Positions 1 through 10,137 of a DNA stretch of 64,000 bases are shown here, in pieces (the first letter of the stretch is position 1; each line of letters starts with the position of its first letter). Source of the stretch: Octopus sinensis (taxonomy: Eukaryota); the NCBI RefSeq assembly GCF_006345805.1, contig NW_021832227.1, positions 248,001-312,000 of the forward strand. The letters are read 5' to 3'. Below the pieces are notes generated by a model that saw nothing but the letters and a program-made list of their open reading frames with translations, did not search any database and was not told the DNA's origin. The translations under genes and the position numbers were made by a program.

Positions 1-2866
1 CAGGTGGAATGTGAGCGGATAGTCAAGTGGAGGGGTGAATTGAACATTCCTCGACTGTCGGGGGACTATTTGTATTGCCTGGTAAACCAGTGTCTTGTTG
101 ACTGTTCGGTAAAGTGTATTTGATAACATAAATAGGAGTCAATATTGGTATATTCTGATTTGTGGAAGAGTAATATTGGTCGTGTGTGTGAAGTAGTGCT
201 GTCTATGGGAAGTTGGGGGAGAACACGTGTGGAGTGGGTGACCCAGTTTGTCCGGACTGTCAAGTCATTGTGGAATTATTTGGGAAAGTTACACGTATAT
301 TGAGGACTCTATTGAAGGAGTGCCACAACTCCCGGATTCGTCAAATTCTTACCACTGTCGATTCACTACACAGAACCAAACAGGCCCGAACTGAACAAAT
401 CGAGCAACTAAATAGGCAAAGAAATGTCATTGCCCAGAAGTGTGAGCAAGTAAAGTCTCGGCCAGCTGAAAAAAAGAACAAACCCCCAAAAATTAAACTT
501 ACCAACCAGCAACTCAACATGGTCAAATTACCCGATATTCAACTTGCCTCAGTCATTTGGTTGTACTCATTGTAGGCCACTCGTTTGTGCCAACTGGCAG
601 TTCAAATGTACAAGAACCTGAGTATTTATGACTTTGAAGAAATGAGGAGCTACTTCCGCCCTCCTCCGACAGTTGTTTCCATAGCCTCTTGCATTTGTCG
701 CATGTTCAAACAAAGGCCATGTTGGGAGGACGCGAAAAGACTGTTTTTGTCTAATCGATTTTTCGAAAAGATGGAATTCTACGACAAAGATGCAGTCGAC
801 ACTTCTCTCCTCACCCACCTCCGTAAATTCACTGAGAACCCACGTTTTGCTCCCGAAGCAGTGGGGAATGTAAGCAGAGCAGCAGTGTCCTTGTCCATGT
901 GGATTCATGGGGTGTATAGCTACGCCAGTTTTAAACACTCTTCGACTCCCAAAGACGTCTACAATTTCCACCCACAGTTTAGAGATCAACTATACAAGGA
1001 GGAATCACTCCAAGACGAGTTGGTGGACATACAACAACAACTCACCAAAATTTGCGAGCAGATTAAAGTAAGCCTCACTACTTTCTCCAGGAACAAGAAC
1101 TTAAACTGACACGACTTGCCAACTTGCTGACCAATCTTGATCTTTTTACTATTCAATGGAAGGCACAACTCGACAATAACAATTTTATTGGTGAGGACAT
1201 TTAACTGACTTGAGGCCACGTGCTGTACTGTGCGGCTATGTTCAGATGTTGTGGGGAGATGACAGAATCAGACCGACAGGTTTTCGAGAAAAAAATATTT
1301 GACATTCTCAACCAAATTTTTGAGTGGAATCTTGAAATGGATGAAACCCTCAAATACAACAACAGCCACTTGGACGCCTTGTTGAGTGGACATGTGCACA
1401 AGGAATATTGGCGACTGGACGAAATACTTTTCGACCGAGAGCAGCAATATCACATTCAATACAAGTTCAGGTCTCCACATGCAATACAAAATTATGCACT
1501 CTTCACTCTCGCCCACATCCTCAACGATCAAAGCGAGTGGGCCTTGTTTGTGGACCCCCAAAATAAGATCTCCGACTACATCGACGAGTCGGTCGTCTCT
1601 TTGAGAGATAGGAAAGATAGAGTTAGGGAGGCGATAAAGAATGGTAGTTTTATCCAACCACGTTCAAGGGAGCCGCCTTGTCGTTACTGACATTGATGGA
1701 GAATGCCCACATCTCATCACTAAAGACTTTGAATCCTCCCCTTATCCCACTGTCTTCATCGAGACAGACCCAATTGTCGTCCACCCTGACTTTAGTTTGG
1801 TCGTCACGTCCTTTGACCACCATGTGTCCACATCCTTGTCTCCTATTATCGACCTCCGGGACAGTCCCACTGAGCGTCTGGCAGCGTTGGATAGAGAACT
1901 GACGAAAAAAGTGGGCTTGGATGGTCAGGAAGAGACAATTGCACGCCGTCTGTTAGAACTTGGATTGGAGTCTCTACAAATATTTGTATTGGACTAGTCT
2001 TATGCGTAGAAAGAGGCCGAGTCGATCGTGGCAAACTTTAATGAGGACGAGGACTGTATGATTGAGCAACTCCTCGGACGTGCTCGACTGATTCAGGACG
2101 AGTATTCAATAGTGAGGTCCCGGAGGAAATACCTCGATGAGAAAAAGGAGCATTTAAATGAACTGACCTTCAGTCTAGCTGGAATATGGACTGACTGTCC
2201 TGATTTGTCTGTTCAAACATTGCTGAGAAATGTCATTGATGAGACCACACTTACAGACCTGAGGGACATTCTGATGTATTCCCCACTCCCTCCTTCCCTT
2301 CTCCCTCAACACACCACAACCTGGCCCCAGACAGTCCACAAGCTCATTACGCTTTATGGCACGAGCGGAATCATCACTCTTCAAGGTTTTACTGTCCCTT
2401 CTCATTTAGAACACATTCATAGTACTTTCGACGTCATAGCTCACATTCCTCTCCGATCTATGCCATGTGCTACTCCGGGGATGGAGATGGGCAGAAAATG
2501 GTTGAAATGGCCCAAAAAGCAAGCAGTGAGCCGTCCTTCTTGATTGTGTTCACGTCGGCCCAACACTGCACTCGAATCACTCGTTTAGCAAATGTTGCAT
2601 TTTTCTTTATTCCAAGGAATTTCGAGAAATACCAGTCATGTTTGTTCTCATTTTAGAATCCACTTTCCCTCTTCACTGTGATGTTCCCACTGTTCTGAAA
2701 GAACTCCCAATTGTATGCTTTAATAATATTCTAGAATGTCTCCCTCAGTCGTGTCCCTCCCACTAAATTATTCGGGGACCAATTAAAGGACCTTTGTTTA
2801 GCTATCAATTTCCTCCGTTCATTACCTGATAACGTAGAGGAAATGGAGGAGGATTTGTTTTACTAA
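1..2866 (+). CDS. Divergent dynein heavy chain-like protein (stalk/microtubule-binding domain and downstream region), 5' end outside the window, multi-exon
   Basis: EEMRSYFRPPPTVVSIASCICRMF..WEDAKRLF..FFEKMEFYDKD..PRFAPEAVGNVSRAAVSLSMWIHGVYSY matches the dynein stalk MTBD pattern. The ORF pieces join through 23-24 nt GT-AG introns (e.g. gtcatttggttgtactcattgtag, gtaagcctcactactttctccag, gtattggactagtcttatgcgtag). Stop TAA at 2864-2866. Exons near the 5' end and around 2520-2700 are not fully resolved. Confidence 0.65.
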
Positions 2867-3129
2867 CACTTGTACTACATCAATTAAATGATTTATTGTT
2901 AAAAACAAAGCGACGGCTAAAACAAGTCGAGTAAAGACGAGTCTGACGATGAAGGTACTCTGACTTTGATGCCAATTTGACTGGAAAGTCAGAAGAGAAG
3001 GAGTCAAGTGTAAGAGGGAATAGCGAGTGTACACTAAGCGCAAAAAATCGTTTTTTTAATACGGCATATTTGGCTAAGAGAACCGAGATTTTTCTCTGTC
3101 GATATCGAAAGAGATACTTAAAAAATACT

Positions 3130-5280
3130 TTATTGACCAACGGACCAGGGTAAGCCAGTTAATTATAATCCCCCGTTAAGACCGGAAGGAAAGTAAGAGA
3201 TCCCCATTTCTCTACGGGACACCATATGAAGTATAGCCATCCAAGGTAAATATCATTCTATGTTTTAATTTTGACTCGTTTACTACTAAGATATCCGGCC
3301 AATGGAAAATCACGAGCCGGATTAGCTCGGAACGCCGTCTCCATATTGATCTGGCGTTCATGAGGATGACCACAAGAGAGCCTTTCACACGGGTTGGTGG
3401 CAGGCCTCCCGTAGGAGCGCCACCATCTCCCGTAAATATCGCTCTTTTTCGTTAGAGATCACATTTTTCGATCCCAATTTAACAATTTCCGCCTCAATTG
3501 ATTTAAGTGACTTGTCTATCGCAAAGTTAAGTTCCTTTTAAGGGGGACTTTTATTTTAGGTCGTCTGCCCCTCGTTAGTTTTTTCTCCGGAATTAATTTT
3601 GAGACTTCTGGTGCTTCCAGATCTATGGTCTCAGTCTGAGTATGACAAAAAGTGACAAAAAAAATGATTCAAAATTAACCCATTCCTAATTAATATCTGG
3701 TATGCTCTCCTTTTGCCGTAAAAATTTCTCAGCATCGTTTTTTAACTGATAGAATGAGTTTTTCAATAAAATATTTTGGAATATTTTCCCAAATATGGAG
3801 AAGTTCCTGCTTTAGTTCTTTGACATTTTTTACATCGACTTTGCGTAATTCAGCCTTCATATGAGCCCATATATGCTCAATTGGGTTCAGATCATGTTTT
3901 CTTTTTCGAAATAATCCATAATTAACTTAGCAGTATGACAAGGTGCATTGTCCTGCTGAAAAATGAAATCGCAAAGTCCCATTTTTGCAACAGATCTCTG
4001 TAGCTTGTTGGCTAAAAGGTGAAATATTTCGCCGAATTTAATGTCCCGTCAACAAAAACTAATTCTCCAACCCCGTTAAAAGAAAAAACATCTCCATACC
4101 ATGAGTTTCCCTATTTTTTGTTCTGTAAAATTCAGACCAAATCAACCTGTTCCAAATTTTACAGTTGTTGAAATATTTTTAGACTTAAATTGTTCACCGC
4201 TTTTCCTATAAACTATTTTTCTTGTTTTGTTTGGAATCACGTGAAAAACGCATTCATCCGAAAAAATTGTACTTTTCCATTCGTTAATAAGATATGGTTA
4301 AAAATTTTTTCGTTATTTTCAATCCTTTTTCAGTGTTTTTTTGCATAGGTTCACCCGTTTGGGTTCCAATAGATACATTGCTTTTAAGGACTTCTGTTGA
4401 GAGACGATTCTTCCAAAAGGAGTTACATTTTGCTGTTTCTTCCAAGCGGAAGTCACACTTTGGGCTTTCTTAGAAACCGTGTACTATCCGGAATCAGAGG
4501 GCGGATTCGATTCCGTATTTTTGTTATTCTTCGCTGAGAGACAGCCTCCGTATTTATCCCAGTGTTCTGAGGATTCACAATTGATGCAAAGTTTTGTGCT
4601 TTTTTCGGATTTGGGCATTCTTTCCCATCATGAGGACCGCCACAAGTTAAGCATCTTACTTCTGCGTTGCAAAAACGTGCTATATGCCCGTAGGATTGGT
4701 ATTTGTAATAACAAGTCGGAACCATTTGCAGTCAACTTTTCTGAAGCCAATGTTTAGTCCCATTCGGATTAATGAGTTTGTCTCACCTCTCAAAGGGATA
4801 GTCATCTTTACTATTGGTAAGTTTTTTCCAGCCTTCATGAAACGTTCCACTTTAAATCGCGGTTAGAGTATCGTCGAGAGATCCTTCTTCAGTTCTTCAT
4901 TACTTGCCCAGTATGGGATATTCTTTAAGAAGATCTCCGATGGACGTAACTTGTCGTATTTGATGGCAATCCGAGCCAAAAGATTTCAGCTGATCAATCT
5001 CCATTTAAAAGTTATTAGCCTCCGCATGAGATCTAACTCGAGTATAAATGAGCCATTCATTTTGCGTAAAATTCTTGCCTTTAGAGCAGTTGGAATTGAG
5101 CATAGTATGTTGTATTTCTGAATTTCACCAAGTATTTGACTGCTTACAGTCACATGAAGTGATAAAGTTCCACGTGGAGTATCAGTATTATTATTTTCAA
5201 TTTCAATATTAGGCTTACTTTGCATCACAGCAACCATTCTTAAAGGCAAGGGGGGATCATATTATGCCACGAGCCTAATA
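3130..5280 (-). mobile_element. Degraded APE-type LINE 5' part: gag-like ORF1 with CCHC knuckles plus the start of the ORF2 endonuclease
   Basis: ORF1 shows CYYKYQSYGHIARFC..CLTCGGPHDGKEC knuckles. The ORF2 start MNARSIW..PDILVVNESKL..LDGY followed by a GDYN remnant matches an APE endonuclease. Interrupted by a Tc1 fragment. Confidence 0.7.
3690..4380 (-). mobile_element. Tc1-like DD34E transposase fragment nested in the LINE ORF1
   Basis: Minus-strand LMVW, FIFQQDNAPCHTAK and DLNPIEHIWAHMK motifs, with frameshifts. No TIRs recognised. Confidence 0.75.
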
Positions 5281-5593
5281 TTGTTGAGTATATTGTGCGA
5301 TGTCAAAGTAATCTATCACAAATTGTTGAAAATAAGCAAATAATAAGAGCTGTTATTTGCCGTGAGCAAGAATTGTTGACTAACAACAAAAAACCATCTG
5401 TTGACCTGGTCTCTAAAGCCAGGCTGATAAAATGTCTCTTGGAAAAATTTGGCAAAAAAATGCTGCCTCATATTCGCCTGATCTTGCTGTTCTCATTTGT
5501 CTCTAATTCTCAAAATATTTTAAATAATTGTTAATTTGGTTTAAAAAACTGTTAAAAATTAGATTAGAAGTTATGTTAGAAAATTAGTTTCAG

Positions 5594-7804
5594 TCAGAAT
5601 CCTCCAAGTTCTGCGTATGCTAAATCAATATTGGCGCTTATTTCTTTGTATATTCTTTTCTCGGACATGAGTTCTTCTATAAATATATTAGAGTGAAATA
5701 AAGATAATGTTGTTAAATGATCCAGGGAATGGTTAGACACCAATAATAATGGATATTAGTTAAATGGAATTTATGTCATTCATCGTCGATTGTATCAATT
5801 CTTCTAATTCCGCAGTTTTTTTAATCGCATTTTCCAGCTTACCTGAGCAAATATTGAGAAAAACAGACCTTCCGTAATTTCTAGATCTGATTCCAGTCTT
5901 TTGTTGCAATATAAATATTCTTCATTGGATTTGGTCGCCTATGTGAGTGTGTTAGCGGGGAATGTCAGTTAATAGGTAGCACAGCAACCTTCTAGTCTAT
6001 CGATGTCTTGCTGACGCTTATTGGACACCCTATCGAACTCTGCTGCCCTTGTCTCGCTCTTAAATTCCATTAAACTCGACAAATTATGCCGCATAGCAAA
6101 GCTGCACATTACCTCATACAAATCTTCTCTCAGTTTCTTGATTGTAGCCTCGTATTCTTCTTCCTTGTTATATGCCTACAATAAATATGTCAGTTTAATT
6201 AATTAAAGTTAGCAACACGGGCCTAGTGGAGATAAGAAAGGAAGGATTGTTAGCTCGGTACCTCAAGAGAGCTAATCTCAAGTGATTTGAGATTGTTTCC
6301 AACAACTTTTAGCTCATCTTCTAACTGGACAACCTTACTACAAAAAATATAAATAAAACTGCTCTTAATACACCGGGAACCGCAGCGACAGATTAAGACT
6401 AACCTCATTTGAGTGAGCTTCCAATGTTTTTATTCTGTATTGGACGTTCGAATGTTCGTTTGTAGCTATCGTCAGTTGTCTAAATCAGTTCCAATGAACT
6501 GACTTTTTATATTCATTTGCCTGTTCTTCAAATTTATCACAAGATAATTCCAAGTTTTTGTTTGTTCTTAAAACCTAATCGCCAGTATTAGCCGTATGCG
6601 CCACCACTGCTACACTTTGCCCACGCAGCGGTTCCCGGACTAAAATACCTCTCAGCCAATTCAAGACGAGCCATTGTCCTCTCCAAGTCTATTTCAGTGA
6701 CCATCAACTTCCTGCTGGTCTATTTATCAATTACGTGTTATTTTTACCTCGTCGTATTTATGGTCGCTGTCGTCTGCTGTCCATTTTATATCGGCCAATT
6801 GTTTTTCCAGTAGGTAAATTCGCTCTTCGTCGTTGTTGGACTTGGTTTCGAGGACTTTGCGGATTCTAAAACGCATTTATTGCGGGCAAAGTGTTAGCAG
6901 TGGTGGTTGAAAGGAAAATTTAGCTAACACTGTCTAATTCGTCCTTCATTGCTCCCTGTTCATTTTTAATTCTGTTCAATTCTTTTTCAAGTCATCATTA
7001 GCATCTTCCAAGGCCTCATTTTTATGTTCCAGCACTTTCCGTTGGCTTTAATTGTTAGTGGTAGTTAATAGGTCAGGTAAATACCGGTCACTTTCGTCGA
7101 ATTTTTCAATGTAATGATTAAGTTGCTGCGTCTTTTCTTTCAAGTTGGAATCTGTGGCTTCGTTATTATCGTCCTGCAGCTTCAAATGTCGGTTTAGAGA
7201 TTGTAGCTCGTTTTCTTTCTATAATTAATTATTTATGGCATATTATTGGAATAATTAAACACATAATTATTATATACACTCTCTAGTTCAGTTTGCAAGG
7301 ATTGATAATCCTTTTGGATTTTTATAAATTTATCCTCAAATTCATCTCTTTCATTTCTTAAAGTCTCGATTTTTGTTTTTAGGTTAGCTATTGGATTGTT
7401 TTGCATTCCACAAAAATTGCAATTTGTTAATATAATTTATTATATTTACAATCTATGTTATCCTCTCAGAAAATAATACTTAAAATTAAATTACTTAATA
7501 AATAATAATTAATTCAAAAAATGACCTCGCTTAATTCTTTTAATGCATCATTAAGCTGAGCTGAAACTTGATTATACTTCTCGTCAAGATTTTCGTTGTC
7601 AATATTGACAGCTTTCTCTCTTTTAAGAATATCTGAGATTTCATCTTCTTTCTAAAAAAACACACAAAGACTTACTTCTTTCAACGTATTTTTTAAATTT
7701 GTGACTTGTGATTCAAGTTCATCAGCTTTTTCTATGCAGTTCTCTTTTTCCATTTTAAGTTCCAAAATTTTTTTCTTCAATGCTCCAAGTGTTGCTTCTG
7801 CCAT
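5594..7804 (-). CDS. TPM: Tropomyosin with alternative first exons and five pairs of alternative exons
   Basis: Exons in transcript order: 1a 7804-7676, 2 7651-7526, 1b 7406-7278, 3 7218-7085, 4x 7045-6929, 4y 6865-6748, 5y 6719-6649, 5x 6574-6504, 6x 6479-6404, 6y 6337-6262, 7 6175-6113, 8y 6058-5989, 8x 5938-5869, 9x 5842-5760, 9y 5676-5594. All junctions are GT-AG. Exon lengths 126/134/118/71/76/63/70/83 nt equal the canonical tropomyosin sizes as recalled. Peptides GALKKKI, RKVLE, SRKLMVTEIDLER, EDELKVVGNNLKSLEIS, ETRA. Confidence 0.95.
6373..6387 (-). promoter_or_regulatory. Intronic RNA pairing site B2 (between exons 6x and 6y)
   Basis: Sense CGCUGCGGUUCCCGG pairs with B1 at 14 of 15 positions. 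Confidence 0.7.
6601..6638 (-). promoter_or_regulatory. Central intronic docking region holding adjacent sites B1 (6624-6638) and A2 (6601-6622), between exons 5y and 5x
   Basis: Sense CCGGGAACCGCUGCG-U-GGGCAAAGUGUAGCAGUGGUGG. B1 complements 6373-6387 and A2 complements 6884-6906. It is a GC-rich island in an otherwise AT-rich intron set. Confidence 0.75.
6884..6906 (-). promoter_or_regulatory. Intronic RNA pairing site A1 (between exons 4x and 4y)
   Basis: Sense CCACCACUGCUAACACUUUGCCC is the reverse complement of site A2 (6601-6622): 22 bp with one bulged A. The complementarity is direct; the function is inferred. Confidence 0.75.
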
Positions 7805-8989
7805 AGTGATGTAAATATTTTCGAACTCATTTAATATATACTACGCTGGTTTGAAGAGCAATCATAATTATTGACATCATTTACGTCCGTGTAATTGAAA
7901 TCATTTGTCATGTCTTATCAATCGAGGCCAAACACTCTCAAATATATTTCTAAAACAGTACCAATATTATTATTCCAGTCATTACTTCCTCAATATTGGC
8001 TAATATAAAATTGAGAGTTTGGCAGAAATGTTGAGAGTACAAATCGGAAATTATTATTTTCAATCATTTTGAAGAGATACGTAAGATTAAAGGCTCAATC
8101 TTGGAAAATGAATGCAACGCCCACTCAAATCCAGAAAAGTGAGAGAACAGCACTTCAAAATAATGAAAATTTCTCTTATTTAGAACACTTTTAAAGATCA
8201 CGTTAATGACTTGAAAGGAATTTGTGAATTATATGTGAAAATTTGTTAAGTGGTTCTAGATGTAAAATAAATGTATTTGTAGCTCTTTTACATTCATAAC
8301 TATTTTTTTATTATAAACTGTAAACAAAAAGTTAGCGTGGATGCCACATCACAACTTGTTTGGGCTCGAAAGCTACTGATTTTACGAATTAACCTCGGGA
8401 ACTCTGTCGATAATATAATTATTCTGTATGAAAATGTGTCCGTGCATATGGAATCTTATAACAGCGATTTCACAACATGGAAAAAATATTTTCGCCCCAT
8501 TTTGTCACCGCAGTTAAATGATTCGAAGAAACGGTTAAACAGAACGATGCAATTCATCACATCTATCATGACATCACATCGTTTTGGTGTGTATTAGATG
8601 GCCCCAGCTACAGCGAGATTCCGAATTCGAAAAACTCGTCGCACGGTAGAGTGGATAATTAAGCGCTGATGTAAATGTTTGGTCAATCGTTTAACAGGAA
8701 AAGACATTGTTTCCACTAAGCTGCAGGAGTCTGTGAATAGTTTAGGTGACATTTAGAACTGTGCAGCGTAGTTAGTAAAGGTCCTTGACTATTAAACGGG
8801 TCAAATAATAGTTTTTTTAGTACCATAGGCTTAATAGTGACGTTAAAGAGCGTAGAAGTTCGTCGATTCCCACAAAGATGAGGAAGAAAGGCCCACCCTT
8901 ACAGAGTCTTGTCTGAGGTGGAAAGGAAATAATCAGAAATAAATTTAAGTAATTTTGAGAAATTAAAAGCATCTAAAACCTTGAAAGGT

Positions 8990-9480
8990 ATCTATTGCCT
9001 GAATTTCTTTTCGATCATTAAATTCTGCATTTTCGAGATTAATTAACTCATCCTCATTGTTTTCTTATTGGAAAAATTCTATTAATTCTTCTTCATAAAA
9101 TGAACCAAGTCCATTTCGTTTTTGAAATTTAGTCAACCAACCTCTACTTTCTTTAAAACAATATCCGGATATTTTTGCAAATTGCTTCACTTTTTAAGGA
9201 TTGATCAATCGTTAATAATAACTTATTTAGATTCTTAAAAAATGATCCAATCCATCATTTTTTCATTGATCTCATTGTATTTTAATCTAAAAATTCGATT
9301 ATTATTCATTTGAATCACATCGTAAAATACGATCTTTATTTGCCTTCAAATCATTCACCCAACAAACTGAGATTTTTTTCCAAATCTTTCTGAAAATATA
9401 GTGGCAATTCATGGAGAAGAAAGTGATTTATTATCTTCAGTAAATTTTATAATACACATCTTATCATTTATTGCCAGTCT
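8990..9480 (-). mobile_element. pogo/Tigger-like transposase remnant (CENP-B-type HTH)
   Basis: KAKQFAKISGYCFKESRGWLTKFQKRNG resembles the A..F......FKASRGWL..FK.R motif. Multiple stops. Confidence 0.5.
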
Positions 9481-9679
9481 TGTACAACAAACGTTACATC
9501 ACAACAAAGTCAAGCGTTTCAAGATTTTAGCACAAATTTAAAATCTACATTTTTGTTTTTATAAAATACTAGCTCGGCAGCTCGCTTCGCTCACCGCGAC
9601 CTAGCTCCTGCGGAGGGCCTGTTTCATCAAACAACTATAAGTTTTGTAGATGTATAAAACTACCTGGTTTAATGTAACC

Positions 9680-10137
9680 CTATTCTATCGCCTGTTGATA
9701 AACGATGTTTGTCGTCCGTCCTTCCTTGGCATATATGAATAAATTTTCTCTTCTGCCTACCCTCGAGCATCCCACATACAGCTGTCCATGTGAAAAGCAC
9801 TCACTCTCTAAAAATAACCCAACTACCTTTAATGACTGTCCCTGGGCCTTGTTTATTGTCATTGCAAAACTCATCCTCAAAGGAAATTGCAGCCTTTTAA
9901 ATCTAAATGGTAATTCATCAGAAATTATCGGAATTCGTGGAATATAAACATCCTCACCTTTATACTTACCTGTTAATATCGTGGCCTCTATTACGTTAGC
10001 CATCAAATTTTTGATAACTAACCTCGTTCCGTTGCATAATTTAGGTGGCGCAAGATTTCGTAATAAAACCACTGGAACGCCTATCTTTAACTTTAAAAGA
10101 TGATTCGGGATTCCAGAGGGATCTAGGGAGTTTAAAA
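9680..10137 (-). pseudogene. Helitron PIF1-type helicase C-terminal fragment
   Basis: [59 protein letters not shown]. The rest of the Rep-helicase is absent. Confidence 0.9.

Noticed and set aside
2880-3140. 86-aa minus-strand ORF convergent with the dynein-like gene
   Set aside because: No recognisable homology; the 5' end abuts the LINE. A possible internal intron is not enough support.
3396-3424. GC hairpin as an ncRNA or ribozyme
   Set aside because: It lies in the coding ORF1/ORF2 junction of the LINE, and I could not build an HDV or hammerhead fold.
5677-6112. RNA helices controlling exons 8 and 9
   Set aside because: Only 6-7 bp wobble-rich matches were found, within chance expectation.
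6901-7045. Exon 4x as a terminal exon giving a short tropomyosin
   Set aside because: It has a GT donor at the position giving the canonical exon 4 length (after the one-base fix), and matching 5x, 6x, 8x and 9x exons follow.
8330-8930. Very old reverse transcriptase remnant
   Set aside because: Only one weak motif (FLIFVGIDELLRSL), which is insufficient.
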